A DNA stretch of 64,000 nucleotides from an uncultured Candidatus Competibacteraceae bacterium (GTDB lineage: Bacteria; Pseudomonadota; Gammaproteobacteria; Competibacterales; Competibacteraceae): positions 7,493 to 71,492 of the forward strand of contig CAZDVY010000001.1 of NCBI GenBank assembly GCA_964508935.1, in the 5' to 3' direction. Positions within the stretch are counted from its first letter, which is position 1. The number at the start of each line of letters is the position of its first letter. Below the pieces are notes generated by a model. It was given only the letters and a program-made list of their open reading frames with translations. It had not been told where the DNA came from and ran no database searches. Positions 19,012-28,754 of the stretch are shown one piece after another. Both the position numbers and the translations under genes were made by a program.

Positions 19012-20589
19012 TCACTCCTGCGCAAAATAGCGATTCAGAAACTCATCGAAGGACATCTCGTCCGTCGCTTCAAGTTCTCGCTGTTCGCGCCAGGACCGTT
19101 CCGCCGCTGCGATGAAAAACGGCGTCCGTTCTTCGGCCAGCGGCGGTGCCTCGAAAAAGCGCCGATGCTGTTCGGATAAGCGCCGGGCGCAGCGGAAAAA
19201 ATTCTCGCCGCTGCCGCGCATCACCGCCAGCATCTGCGCCGAGGGCGTGCGCTCTGAATCAGCCAGCGTCGCCTGTTGTTCCGCCAACGCTGCTGCGTAC
19301 AACCGTTGTTCCGCGCCCATGTCCAACAATTCGCAAATCGGCTGCAACTGACCGAGCAGTTCCGCCGCCCAGCCTCGCAACGGCAAGGCTGGCGCGTGGC
19401 GGCGCTGCAACACCAGCGCTGGATCGCGCCCAGTCAGCGCCGTCGCCATTTGATTGTCGTCAATGATGCGCCGCTCTTCGGCGTCAAACGGCGGCGATTC
19501 GGCGAGCAGACAAAGCAGCAGAAAAGCTTCTAGAAAGCGCATCTGACTGACGGTGACGCCCAGCGGTTGCAGCGGATTGATGTCCACCGAGCGCAGTTCG
19601 ACATAAGCCACGCCACGCCGTCGCAACGCTATCGTCGGTTTTTCATTACCTTGCGGCGGCTGCTTGGGCCGCATCGAGGTGTAATATTCGTTCTCGATTT
19701 GCAGAATGTTGGCGTTCAATTGGCGGTATTCGCCAGCCACTTTGACGCCGATCTGCTCGTAAGGCGGCCAGGGCGTCCGGGTCGCCTGCGCCAGACTGGC
19801 GATATATTCGGGCAGCGAGTTATAGCAAACATTGACGCCGCTTTTCTTTTCGGTGCGGTTGGTATAGCCGACATTGCTCATCCGCAGCGAAGTAGCGCAA
19901 GGACCATAGCAAGTGTGGTCGTCAAATTCCGGCAGCGTGGTGGCCTTGCCGTCGAGGAACGATTTGCAAACTGCTGGCGACGCGCCGAACAAATACAAAA
20001 TCAGCCAGCCGAAGCGTTGCAGGTTGCGGATCAGGCCAAAATAGGCGGCAGAGCGGAAATCCTGCAACGGGCGCCGGTCGCCCTCCATGTCCTGAAACGC
20101 CGCCCAGAATTCGTCCGGCAACGAGAAATTAAAGTGAATTCCGGCAATGACCTGCATGATCCGCCCATAACGCCAAGCCAGCCCACGCCGGTAAACGTGT
20201 TTCATCTGGCCTAGGTTGGAGCGGCCATATTCGGCGATGGGAATGCTGGCCTCGCCGGCCAGAATGCAGGGCATGCTCGCCGACCACAGCAATTCATCGC
20301 CGATGCGCGGATACACAAAACGGTGAATTTCATCCAGGCAACGCAGCGCCGCCTCGGCGTCCGGCAGCGGTGGGGTGATGAACTCCAGCAGCGCCTCGGA
20401 ATAATCGGTAGTGATCAGCGGATGAGTCAGCGCTGAACCGAGCGCAGCGGGATGGGGTATTTGCGAGATATAACCGTCCGGGGCGACCCGCAGCGCCTCG
20501 CGTTCCAAGCCCAGCAAGCGGCCTTTCAGCAAAGCGCGCGGATCGGCATTGAACAGTCGGGTCAGACGCTGATGAAGGATGGAGTGCAT
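19012..20589 (-). CDS. gshA: Glutamate--cysteine ligase
   Basis: From ATG 20589: MHSILHQRLTRLFNADPRALLKGRLLGLEREALRV..., collinear with E. coli GshA (...LKGIQRGLERETLRV). 525 aa. The track ORF extends to 20682, which I regard as an over-extension. Confidence 0.9.
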   Translation of the reverse strand: MHSILHQRLTRLFNADPRALLKGRLLGLEREALRVAPDGYISQIPHPAALGSALTHPLITTDYSEALLEFITPPLPDAEAALRCLDEIHRFVYPRIGDELLWSASMPCILAGEASIPIAEYGRSNLGQMKHVYRRGLAWRYGRIMQVIAGIHFNFSLPDEFWAAFQDMEGDRRPLQDFRSAAYFGLIRNLQRFGWLILYLFGASPAVCKSFLDGKATTLPEFDDHTCYGPCATSLRMSNVGYTNRTEKKSGVNVCYNSLPEYIASLAQATRTPWPPYEQIGVKVAGEYRQLNANILQIENEYYTSMRPKQPPQGNEKPTIALRRRGVAYVELRSVDINPLQPLGVTVSQMRFLEAFLLLCLLAESPPFDAEERRIIDDNQMATALTGRDPALVLQRRHAPALPLRGWAAELLGQLQPICELLDMGAEQRLYAAALAEQQATLADSERTPSAQMLAVMRGSGENFFRCARRLSEQHRRFFEAPPLAEERTPFFIAAAERSWREQRELEATDEMSFDEFLNRYFAQE

Positions 20590-20665
20590 GTTCGCCTCGT
20601 CGAAGGGGAGCGGCATTGCCAGGCAAGCGCCGGTGGACAGGATAGAGTGGCGTAACGCGGCGATT

Positions 20666-23600
20666 TTACGCCGTTGGCGCAATCAGCGGCGGCAAGGCCC
20701 GAATGATTTTGACCGTCTCGACGCTGATTTGCGCGATCTGGCCGATCAGCCGGAGCAGAAATTGTGGATCGTCGGGACGATTGGGATCGTTGACCAGGCC
20801 ACTGCGCGAATCTGTTTTGACCTGATATTGGTCGATAACCCATTCCAGAGCGCAGCGATGGCCCAGGTGATACTCCAGGGCTTCGGGCGGAACGCCGCCC
20901 AGGGTCAGCCAGTCGTTGTAAAGAATCGCCGTTTTCTCCGCATTCCAGCGCATCCGCCGCACCGTCCAGTCATGCGGTTGATCGGGCGCGTAAAGGCGGG
21001 TCAACGGATATTCCGGTTGCTGTTGATAATTCAAGTGCAGTTCAGCGAGTTGTTGACCGGCCCGGCAATAGGCCCAAAAATCTGAAGCGTAGGGAATACG
21101 CGGCAGTTCGCGCCTTAAATTGGCGGCGTAGTGTTGGCGATAGTCTTCACTGTGCAATAATCCATAAATGTAATAAAAAATATCCCATTTGCTGATCCGC
21201 GAATCCCGGTAATGCCGACTAAACTGTAGCAAAGCCCATCCAGTGATATTTTCCTGACGGTGCTGGCCGTCTTCGCTGTAAATGTAGAAGGGAAAGCACT
21301 GTGTCGAGGAACCCGCGCCGACCAGATGCATATCCACCAAACCCTGACTGATCAGCACCATAAAGGGTTTTTCTGAACCTTTATCGGTATGGCAAATCAC
21401 CCGGTTTTCCTGTTCCTGAACACGGGTCGGCGCAATCAACGGAAATTGTCCGCGCCGGTGCGTCAGTAAAGGATCGAAATAAACAAACTGCGGGGTGAAC
21501 GGTCGATAAAGGCAGATGCGGATATGGTTCGGGTTCAGTCGGGTTTTTAGGCCATTTTCTAGCGCCTTTTTTAAACTGCTGGTCCAACTGATTTTCCGGT
21601 CTTCGTAATCAACCAGATCATCTACAGTAGGTTTCGGTTCATCAGCATCCAGCCATTTGTAAACCTGCGCGTTATAAAAATTGATCGTAGTCTTTATATT
21701 GGACAACAGGCGTCCCGCGTTGAAATGATAGGCCCAGGCGTCTCTGCCAGTTTGCACGCCAATGCTGAATTTCTTGAAAACTACATGCCGGGCAATCCGC
21801 CGCCCAGCTTTTTGCTCTTTGCTGCCCAAGGGAATAAATTTTTTAAAGTCTGGTCGCAAATTTTCTGTAAGCCATGTATGATTTAAATCAACTTTAGCGA
21901 GCTGTATTGGTAAATTGGAATAAATAATCGCGTCATTCAGGATTTTCTGCTTATCGTCATATTTTAAGTAGTCTTCAGTAGAATAAATCCAAATATCTGC
22001 TTTTTTACCATCAAGCTTTGGGCGTTTAATCAAAAAGGTAATGCCGACACCGACCCGAATCTTGTTATCAAAAATATTCCCGCCTTCTTGGCGCCGACGC
22101 TCTGCTGAAGTACGCGCATTTCCTTTTAAGTTAATATGATAGATTTCTGCAAATTCTTCAGCCAGACATTGGCGCATTCCATCAAACGCCAATCCGTCAA
22201 GAAAACTATTATTGCTGACAAACGCGATAATTCCGCGAGGCTGATTGCGCAAGCGTTCGGTTGCCCAGGCAAAAGCTTTGACATAGGGATCACTCAGCGC
22301 GTTTTTATTGGATGCGCTGGAATGAGCCGCGTAAGACTCGGCAACCCATTTTTCCACTTCGCCATAGACGCGATTTTTGTTATTGTCATTTTCGTTGGCT
22401 TGCCGGGCATTATAAGGTGGATTACCGATGATAACGAAAAGATCAGAGGCTTTTTGCCGGGTGACGCGATGCATATTCTCAGGAATGGAAAATCCAAAAC
22501 TATGCTGGCGACTTTCCGCCAGTTCAAAAGTATCGACCAGGCAAATCCCTTCAAAGGGTTGATATTCGCCGGCCATTTGATAATAGGCGTGTTCAATATT
22601 CATGCTGGCGATGTAATAAGGCAGCAGCATGATTTCATTGCAATGCAATTCTTCCGTGTATTTGTGTTTGAGCGCCGCCGGGTCAATTTCCCGTAAAATC
22701 CGGGTAATAAAATTACCGGTACCGACAAAAGGATCAATAATTTGTACACCGCTGGATGAAAGCGAACGATCAAATTCCCGCCGCAACAGTTCATTGACTG
22801 AATGCACCATAAAATCCACAATCGGCTGCGGGGTGTAAACGACGCCATAGGTATCCGCCGCCTTAATGGCAAATCCCTGAAAAAACTGTTCATAAACTGC
22901 GTTGAGAAAGCTCTGTTTTTCCGCATAATCGTCAATGGTTGCGGCAGTGCTTTCAAGCACCCGATAAAAATGATCGAGCTTTTTCAGGAATTCTTCGCGA
23001 CTGAAGGCGCGGGAGGTCAACGCAGCGATCACTTGTTCAATTTCCCGGGCGATGATGTTTTTATTGATGAAGTCGGGATTATTGAACACCTTGCGGAAAA
23101 TGCGCTCGGTCAGCAAATGCTGAATGAGCATTTCTTCAACGGCGGCGACCGCCAGATTGGGATTGATGGATTCCTGGCAGAGACGGAAAAAGCTTGCAAA
23201 CGCCGCGGAAAAATGCGGATTGCCGGCGCGTTCCTGCTGGACGATCACCAGCAGCGCCTGACCGAGTTCCTGCACCTTGTCCTTGAAACCGGCGACGGCT
23301 TCCTGCCATTGTTGATAGGCCGGCGGCTGGTAGCCGAAAAACAGTTGCAGAGCTTCGATCAATAAATCCGGGGCCTGACCGATGTCGGCGCGGAATACTT
23401 CGCGTCCGTTCTGCCACAGAATGATCCGGTCGGGCGATTGAAACAGGATATTGTCCTTGGGGTAGCCAGCGGCCCATTTTTTTTCAATCTCCTGCTCCAG
23501 ATCATCCTGACGATCCTTCGCTTCCCACAGACCCAGACGCAGGGCGAACTGATCGACAATCGCCCCATCGACGCGCAAAGGGCGGCGCTGATCGCGGGCC

Positions 23601-23773
23601 AGAGCGTACTGCTCTACCAGTTTTAAATTCGGGAGCTGGCTGGCGCAATGACGCAACAACGCGGCAAATGCCGGGGCTACCGCCCCTTCATGCTGCGCAT
23701 CGGCTTGCGCCATAGCTTCCAACTGCTGGTAATAGGCGCGGATCGCTTTATGATGAGGTTTGAGATTGAGCAT
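20666..23773 (-). CDS. Single-polypeptide restriction-modification candidate (Type IIG/IIL, MmeI- or helicase-less Type ISP-like): N-terminal PD-(D/E)xK nuclease motif + gamma-class N6-adenine methyltransferase + C-terminal specificity region
   Basis: 1035 aa. Nuclease-like motif RPLRVDGAIVDQFALRLGLWEAKDRQDDL (D...ExK). SAM motif IIDPFVGTGNFI and catalytic motif IV VIIGNPPYN. The C-terminus LPRIPYASDFW...LEYHLGHRCALEWVIDQYQVKTDSRSGLVNDPN resembles the C-terminal domain of LlaGI-type enzymes as I recall it. No separate M or S gene is adjacent. Confidence 0.75.
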   Translation of the reverse strand: MLNLKPHHKAIRAYYQQLEAMAQADAQHEGAVAPAFAALLRHCASQLPNLKLVEQYALARDQRRPLRVDGAIVDQFALRLGLWEAKDRQDDLEQEIEKKWAAGYPKDNILFQSPDRIILWQNGREVFRADIGQAPDLLIEALQLFFGYQPPAYQQWQEAVAGFKDKVQELGQALLVIVQQERAGNPHFSAAFASFFRLCQESINPNLAVAAVEEMLIQHLLTERIFRKVFNNPDFINKNIIAREIEQVIAALTSRAFSREEFLKKLDHFYRVLESTAATIDDYAEKQSFLNAVYEQFFQGFAIKAADTYGVVYTPQPIVDFMVHSVNELLRREFDRSLSSSGVQIIDPFVGTGNFITRILREIDPAALKHKYTEELHCNEIMLLPYYIASMNIEHAYYQMAGEYQPFEGICLVDTFELAESRQHSFGFSIPENMHRVTRQKASDLFVIIGNPPYNARQANENDNNKNRVYGEVEKWVAESYAAHSSASNKNALSDPYVKAFAWATERLRNQPRGIIAFVSNNSFLDGLAFDGMRQCLAEEFAEIYHINLKGNARTSAERRRQEGGNIFDNKIRVGVGITFLIKRPKLDGKKADIWIYSTEDYLKYDDKQKILNDAIIYSNLPIQLAKVDLNHTWLTENLRPDFKKFIPLGSKEQKAGRRIARHVVFKKFSIGVQTGRDAWAYHFNAGRLLSNIKTTINFYNAQVYKWLDADEPKPTVDDLVDYEDRKISWTSSLKKALENGLKTRLNPNHIRICLYRPFTPQFVYFDPLLTHRRGQFPLIAPTRVQEQENRVICHTDKGSEKPFMVLISQGLVDMHLVGAGSSTQCFPFYIYSEDGQHRQENITGWALLQFSRHYRDSRISKWDIFYYIYGLLHSEDYRQHYAANLRRELPRIPYASDFWAYCRAGQQLAELHLNYQQQPEYPLTRLYAPDQPHDWTVRRMRWNAEKTAILYNDWLTLGGVPPEALEYHLGHRCALEWVIDQYQVKTDSRSGLVNDPNRPDDPQFLLRLIGQIAQISVETVKIIRALPPLIAPTA

Positions 23774-23825
23774 GGCGGCTATAATAAATGACCTTTCGCA
23801 TTGTTACCCATGAGCTTTCCTAATC

Positions 23826-25205
23826 ATGCACGACAGTTTACTTCCTGCGCCACTCCCGCACTGCCTTCCCCTCATCCCTGTGGTCGAGAGCGAGTTTACA
23901 GCCTGGCTGGAGCGACAGGATCAAGTGCTGCGCCGTTGGCTGACGACCACCGGTTTCAAGGCCAAGCCGGGCAGTTTCAGCCTGATTCCCGGTGCCGACG
24001 GTCAGTTACAGGCTGTCGTTGTCAACATCAGCCAGGCCGATGATCTATGGGCGTTGAGTCACTTGCCGGCGGTGTTGCCGGAAGGCGATTATGCGCTGGA
24101 TGTCGCCGGGTTCGACGCCGAGCAAATCGAGCGGTTGACCCTGGGTTGGGCGCTGGGCGCTTACCAGTTTGTGCGCTACAAACAACCGAAGCGGGCCATG
24201 GCGCGGCTGGCGCTGCATCCGGCCTGCGCCGCCGAGCGCATTGAGAATGTGGTAGCGGCCGTGACTTTGGCGCGTGATTTGATCAACACCCCGGCGGAAG
24301 ACCTGATGCCGGAACATCTAGCCGAGGCGACTCAGGCGCTTGCGCAGGAATTCGGCGCGACCTTTGAACAAAGCGTCGGCGAGGCGTTATTGGCGCACAA
24401 CTATCCGCTGGTTCATGCTGTCGGGCGAGCCAGCGTCCATCCGCCCCGGCTGCTCGATCTGCGCTGGGGCGATGCGGCTCATCCCCAGGTGACGCTGGTC
24501 GGCAAGGGCGTCTGTTTCGACAGCGGCGGGCTGGATTTGAAGCCTTCGAGCGCCATGCGTTTGATGAAAAAGGATATGGGCGGCGCCGCGACCGCGCTGG
24601 GGCTGGCGCGGCTAATCATGAGCGCTGGCTTGCCTATCCGACTGCGAGTCCTGATTGCGGCGGTGGATAACGCCGTCGCCGGTAACGCCTTCCGTCCGGG
24701 CGACGTGATCCGCTCGCGGCAGGGGCTGACTATCGAAATTCATAATACCGACGCCGAGGGCCGGCTGATTCTCTGCGACGCCCTCAGCGAAGCGGCCAGC
24801 GAGCGGCCCGAAGTGTTGATTGATTTCGCCACGCTGACCGGCGCGGCGCGGGTGGCGCTGGGAACGGAAGTGCCGGCGCTGTTCTGCAACGATGAGGCGC
24901 TGGCCGCCGGACTGCTGGCGGCGGCGGAGCGGGAACAAGACCCGTGCTGGCGGTTGCCCCTGCATCAACCCTACCGGGAGATGCTGGACAGCAAGATCGC
25001 CGACATCGCCAACGCTTCTGACTCCTCTTACGCCGGAGCAATCACCGCCGCCCTGTTTTTAAAGGAATTCGTTCCCGATGGCCTGCCGTGGGCGCATATC
25101 GATCTGATGGCCTGGAATCTGAAGACTCAGTCGGGCCGCCCAGAGGGCGGCGAGGCGATGGCCCTGCGCGCCGTGTTCGGCTGGCTGGAAGAACGGTATG
25201 CGTGA
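23826..25205 (+). CDS. M17-family leucyl aminopeptidase-like protein
   Basis: VGKGVCFDSGGLDLKPSSAMRLMKKDMGGAA and NTDAEGRLILCD are the M17 metal-binding signatures. 459 aa. Confidence 0.85.
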   Translation: MHDSLLPAPLPHCLPLIPVVESEFTAWLERQDQVLRRWLTTTGFKAKPGSFSLIPGADGQLQAVVVNISQADDLWALSHLPAVLPEGDYALDVAGFDAEQIERLTLGWALGAYQFVRYKQPKRAMARLALHPACAAERIENVVAAVTLARDLINTPAEDLMPEHLAEATQALAQEFGATFEQSVGEALLAHNYPLVHAVGRASVHPPRLLDLRWGDAAHPQVTLVGKGVCFDSGGLDLKPSSAMRLMKKDMGGAATALGLARLIMSAGLPIRLRVLIAAVDNAVAGNAFRPGDVIRSRQGLTIEIHNTDAEGRLILCDALSEAASERPEVLIDFATLTGAARVALGTEVPALFCNDEALAAGLLAAAEREQDPCWRLPLHQPYREMLDSKIADIANASDSSYAGAITAALFLKEFVPDGLPWAHIDLMAWNLKTQSGRPEGGEAMALRAVFGWLEERYA

Positions 25206-25208
25206 GGT

Positions 25209-25242
25209 GGGTTGGGTTGCCAAAAAAACGGCAATCCAACCC
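25209..25242. terminator. Hairpin between convergent aminopeptidase and hbd genes (bidirectional terminator candidate)
   Basis: gggttgggttgcc (25209-25221) pairs with ggcaatccaaccc (25230-25242), giving 13 bp with one G-U, around an A7C loop. It starts 4 nt after the 25205 stop and lies 33 nt before the hbd stop. Confidence 0.45.
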
Positions 25243-25274
25243 TCGGCGAGAACGACGTTGGTGGGTTTAAATGC

Positions 25275-26171
25275 TCAGGCGACCGGATGCCGCAGTTGCG
25301 GATTGGCGATGGGCGGCTTGACCGAATAGTCGTAGAAGCCCTTGCCGGTCTTGCGGCCCAGATAGCCCAGTTGCACCAGGCGGGTCAGGGTGTGCGGCGG
25401 CGACACATGCGGCTGATGCATGTCCTGATAGATATTCAATGTCATCGCCTCCACTACGTCCAGCCCAATGTAGTCGGCCAACTCAAACGGCCCCATCGGA
25501 TGTCCGGCGCCCGATTTCATCGCATGGTCAATATCGGCAATGTTACCCGTTCCCATCTCCAGCAGGCGGATGGCGCTCAACATATAGGGCGTCAACAACC
25601 GGTTAACGATAAAGCCAGTGGTGTCCTGCACAATGACCGGGTCCTTACCCAGTTTCTTGCAGAACGCATCCAGAGTATTGATGGTGTCATCCGAGGTTTC
25701 GAAGGCGTGGATAATCTCGACCAGCTTCATCACTGGGGCCGGATTGAAGAAGTGCAGGCCGGCGACCCGATCCCGCTGCTTGCAGACCGCCATCATCGCC
25801 GTTACCGACAGCGTGGAGGTGTTAGTAGTCAGCAGCGCCTGCGGCGACACGATGCCTTCCAACCGCCGGAACAGGGCGTTCTTGGTGTCCAGATCCTCGA
25901 TGATCGATTCGACGATCAGATCGCAATCGGCCACCTCGGCCTCGCTGGTCGTGAAATGCAGCAGGCCCAGCGTCGCGTCCTTTTTTTCCACCGTCATCTT
26001 GCCGCGTTCGACCATCTTGCTGAGGGATTTGTCCAGGCCGGCGCGAATTTTATCGGTTGAACCCGGGGTCGCCTTGACCGCGACCGTCGGGATGCCTGCC
26101 TGTGCGCAGACCTGCGCGACGCCCAGTCCCATTGCTCCACAGCCCATGACACCGACTTTCTTGATTTCCAT
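25275..26171 (-). CDS. hbd: 3-hydroxybutyryl-CoA / 3-hydroxyacyl-CoA dehydrogenase
   Basis: MEIKKVGVMGCGAMGLGVAQV Rossmann N-terminus and C-terminal GRKTGKGFYDY. 298 aa. Confidence 0.88.
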   Translation of the reverse strand: MEIKKVGVMGCGAMGLGVAQVCAQAGIPTVAVKATPGSTDKIRAGLDKSLSKMVERGKMTVEKKDATLGLLHFTTSEAEVADCDLIVESIIEDLDTKNALFRRLEGIVSPQALLTTNTSTLSVTAMMAVCKQRDRVAGLHFFNPAPVMKLVEIIHAFETSDDTINTLDAFCKKLGKDPVIVQDTTGFIVNRLLTPYMLSAIRLLEMGTGNIADIDHAMKSGAGHPMGPFELADYIGLDVVEAMTLNIYQDMHQPHVSPPHTLTRLVQLGYLGRKTGKGFYDYSVKPPIANPQLRHPVA

Positions 26172-26326
26172 CGTGTGTTCCTTATAGCGTTGTTAAAATT
26201 GACGACAGGGTTTTCCGGCATTGGCGACGCGCCGGCAGCGAATAATCCTACACATTATAATGAAATTCCGGGTCGTTCGGGTAATCCGCCACAATCATGC
26301 TATCCCTCCCGCCCTGAACCCGCGCT

Positions 26327-27103
26327 TCAGCGATGCTTGAATTCGGCGGCGCGCTTGCTGGCAAACGCTTCCATGCCCTCCTTCTGGTCCTCGGTGGCGA
26401 ACACCGCATGGAAAGTCCGGCGCTCAAACAGGAGTCCCTCAGCCAAAGTTGTTTCATAAGAGCGGTTGACGCATTCTTTGGTCATCATCACGGCGGGCAG
26501 TGAGTAGCCCGCGATGGTTTCGGCGGTCTTGATGGCTTCTTCAATCAATTCGGCGACGGGAACAATCCGGCTGACCAGACCGGCTCGTTCGGCTTCCACA
26601 GCATCCATCATCCGCCCGGTCAGGCACAATTCCATCGCCTTGGACTTGCCGACCAGTCGGGTCAGGCGCTGGGTGCCGCCAGCGCCCGGCAGAATGCCGA
26701 GCTTGATTTCCGGTTGACCAAACTTGGCGGTGTCGGCGGCCAGAATGAAATCGCACATCATCGCCAACTCACAACCACCGCCCAGGGCATAACCGGCGAC
26801 TGCTGCAATCACTGGCTTGCGGCAACGACTGACCCGCTCCCAGTTGCGGGTGATGAAGTTGCCCGTGTAGGCGTCCATGTAGGAATAATCCTTCATGCCC
26901 TTGATGTCGGCGCCAGCGGCAAACACTTTTTCGCCGCCGGTCAGCACAATGGCGCGGATCGCTTCATCAGCCTCGATAGCGTCCAGCGCCTGAGTCAGAT
27001 CATCCATCAAGTCATTGGACAGGGCATTGAACGCCTTGGGCCGGTTGAGGGTCACCAGGGCTACCGGACCACGGGTTTCGACCCGGATATTTTCATAGTT
27101 CAT
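26327..27103 (-). CDS. Enoyl-CoA hydratase (crotonase family)
   Basis: From ATG 27103: [29 protein letters not shown]..., with [48 protein letters not shown]. 258 aa. Confidence 0.88.
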   Translation of the reverse strand: MNYENIRVETRGPVALVTLNRPKAFNALSNDLMDDLTQALDAIEADEAIRAIVLTGGEKVFAAGADIKGMKDYSYMDAYTGNFITRNWERVSRCRKPVIAAVAGYALGGGCELAMMCDFILAADTAKFGQPEIKLGILPGAGGTQRLTRLVGKSKAMELCLTGRMMDAVEAERAGLVSRIVPVAELIEEAIKTAETIAGYSLPAVMMTKECVNRSYETTLAEGLLFERRTFHAVFATEDQKEGMEAFASKRAAEFKHR

Positions 27104-27307
27104 ACATTGATCCTCATTTTCCAAACGGATTATTAGCAGGGTCGTTGCGATTCTGGCAGAGATTGCCACCGCGCGGCTTGCACGGAAAAGCCGCGCACCT
27201 CTAACCGCCCGTCCATTTTAACCCATGGTTTGGATATTTTTTGAAGACGGCTTAAGGTTTAGAGGTTAGCCGCACTTGCTTGGTAAATATACGGCGCAAC
27301 GCGGATT

Positions 27308-27907
27308 TTACAGAACCGCTGCCCCTGCCGCTTCCAGCATTCGGGTCAACCGAATCAACGGCAGACCGATCAGACTGGTGGGATCGTCGCCCTCCAATCG
27401 CTCGAACAGCGCGATGCCCAGCCCCTCGGACTTGAAACTGCCCGCACACTGATAGGGTTGTTCCCGCCGCAGGTAGGTCTCAATCATCGTCGCGGTCAGG
27501 GAACGAAAGACCACCTGGAATTCCTCGACCGCCACTTGGCATTGCTCGCTGGCGCTGTCCAGCAGACACAATCCCGTATAGAAGAGGACGGTGCGTCCGG
27601 ACGCCTGCTGCAACTGCGCAACCGCTCGCGGGTGGTCGCCGGGTTTGCCGAGGAGGCTGCCGTCCAGGACGGCAACCTGATCCGAGCCGATGATCAGCGC
27701 ATCTGGCGCAGACCGGGCGACTGCCCGGGCTTTTTGTTCCGCCAGCCGCACCACCAGCGCCGGAGCTTCTTCGCCCGGCAGATGGGTTTCATCGACTTCG
27801 GAAGCCTGTACCGTGAAGGGCAATCCCAGCCGCATCAACAATTCGCGGCGAAACGGCGAGGCGGACGCCAGCAGCAGACGGCGGCCATCGGGCAAAGTTT
27901 CAGACAT
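27308..27907 (-). CDS. maf: Maf-like nucleoside triphosphate pyrophosphatase (YceF type)
   Basis: LLLASASPFRRELLMRLGLPFTVQASEVDE, with the classical position divergent from yceD-rpmF. ATG at 27907; the track start 27913 is GTG. Confidence 0.85.
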   Translation of the reverse strand: MSETLPDGRRLLLASASPFRRELLMRLGLPFTVQASEVDETHLPGEEAPALVVRLAEQKARAVARSAPDALIIGSDQVAVLDGSLLGKPGDHPRAVAQLQQASGRTVLFYTGLCLLDSASEQCQVAVEEFQVVFRSLTATMIETYLRREQPYQCAGSFKSEGLGIALFERLEGDDPTSLIGLPLIRLTRMLEAAGAAVL

Positions 27908-28004
27908 AAGCACCCTTCGATGAATGCATGGAAAAGATCGGCATTGTGCGGAATTTGGGTTTATTTTGACAGAATTCCGGCTTGCCGATATGATTCCGCG
28001 CCTT

Positions 28005-28541
28005 ATGCAGACCCCGGCGCTTCCCGAAAAAATTCACCCTTGGCGGATCGCCGCTGAAAGCGGCTGCCTGAACGGGAAGTTGGCGCTGGCGGCATTGCCG
28101 CGCCTGACCGCGGCGGTGGATCACGCCGACGGCATGGTCGCCGTTGCGCTGACAGCGGGCGTTGATGGACAAGGCATCCGGTTCATCAAAGGCGTCTTGC
28201 GCGCTGAAGTGGCGCTGATCTGCCAGCGTTGCCTGGGTTTATTACGGTGGCCGCTGGAGGTCACGGTCAGCCTGGGGCTGGCGCGCGACGAGGCGCACAT
28301 CGACCGGTTGCCGGAGGAGTATGAACCGTTGCTGATTGCCGAAGGCGGCAGCCTGGCTGTGGCTGATCTGGTTGAAGATGAATTGTTACTCGCCCTCCCG
28401 CAGATTCCCCGGCATGACGATCTGCGAGAATGCGTGGCCTTGGGTGAAGTCCGGTACGGCGAACCGGCGCTGGATGTGGAACGCCGCCAGCCCCTTACCG
28501 CGCTGGCTTCCCTGTTACAGGATTCCAAAAGGAGTCATTGA
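28005..28541 (+). CDS. yceD: YceD (DUF177) large-ribosomal-subunit accumulation protein
   Basis: Sits immediately upstream of rpmF. CQRC motif (ALICQRCLGLL) and acidic LVEDELLLALPQIPRH block as in E. coli YceD. Start uncertain (ATG 27924, 27990 or 28005). Confidence 0.8.
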   Translation: MQTPALPEKIHPWRIAAESGCLNGKLALAALPRLTAAVDHADGMVAVALTAGVDGQGIRFIKGVLRAEVALICQRCLGLLRWPLEVTVSLGLARDEAHIDRLPEEYEPLLIAEGGSLAVADLVEDELLLALPQIPRHDDLRECVALGEVRYGEPALDVERRQPLTALASLLQDSKRSH

Positions 28542-28544
28542 ATC

Positions 28545-28733
28545 ATGGCTGTACAAAAAAGCCGCAAAAGTCCCTCCAAGCGAGGCATGCGCCGTTCGCA
28601 CGACGCTCTGACCGGACCCACGCTCTCGACAGACCGCACCTCTGGCGAATTGCATCGCCGTCATCATGTGACCCCGAACGGCTTCTATCGTGGCCGCAAG
28701 GTGATCAATGCGCCAGTGGTCACCGAAGAATAA
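28545..28733 (+). CDS. rpmF: 50S ribosomal protein L32
   Basis: [22 protein letters not shown]...[14 protein letters not shown], 62 aa. Confidence 0.95.
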   Translation: MAVQKSRKSPSKRGMRRSHDALTGPTLSTDRTSGELHRRHHVTPNGFYRGRKVINAPVVTEE

Positions 28734-28754
28734 GGGTGACGCGCCATCGTTCCC

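Noticed and set aside
20590-20682. N-terminal extensions suggested by the ORF track for gshA (to 20682), ppc (to 41767), maeA (to 55331), the MaoC gene (to 13440), etfB (from 13480), tmk (from 34291) and nudL (from 37766)
   Set aside because: Internal starts give N-termini collinear with known family members and often have a Shine-Dalgarno sequence. The extensions overlap neighbouring genes or AT-rich spacers and add non-homologous residues.
20666-23773. Searched the RM gene flanks for mobile-element hallmarks (integrase, transposase, flanking direct repeats, tRNA target)
   Set aside because: None were found. The gene abuts gshA and the aminopeptidase gene with 76- and 52-nt spacers. I therefore do not call a mobile element, only compositional mosaicism.
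27171-27196. 9-bp GC-rich hairpin (gcgcggctt / aagccgcgc) between maf and the crotonase gene, considered as a maf terminator
   Set aside because: No U-tract on either strand and only a short stem. It may still be a weak structure, but the evidence is too thin to call a terminator.
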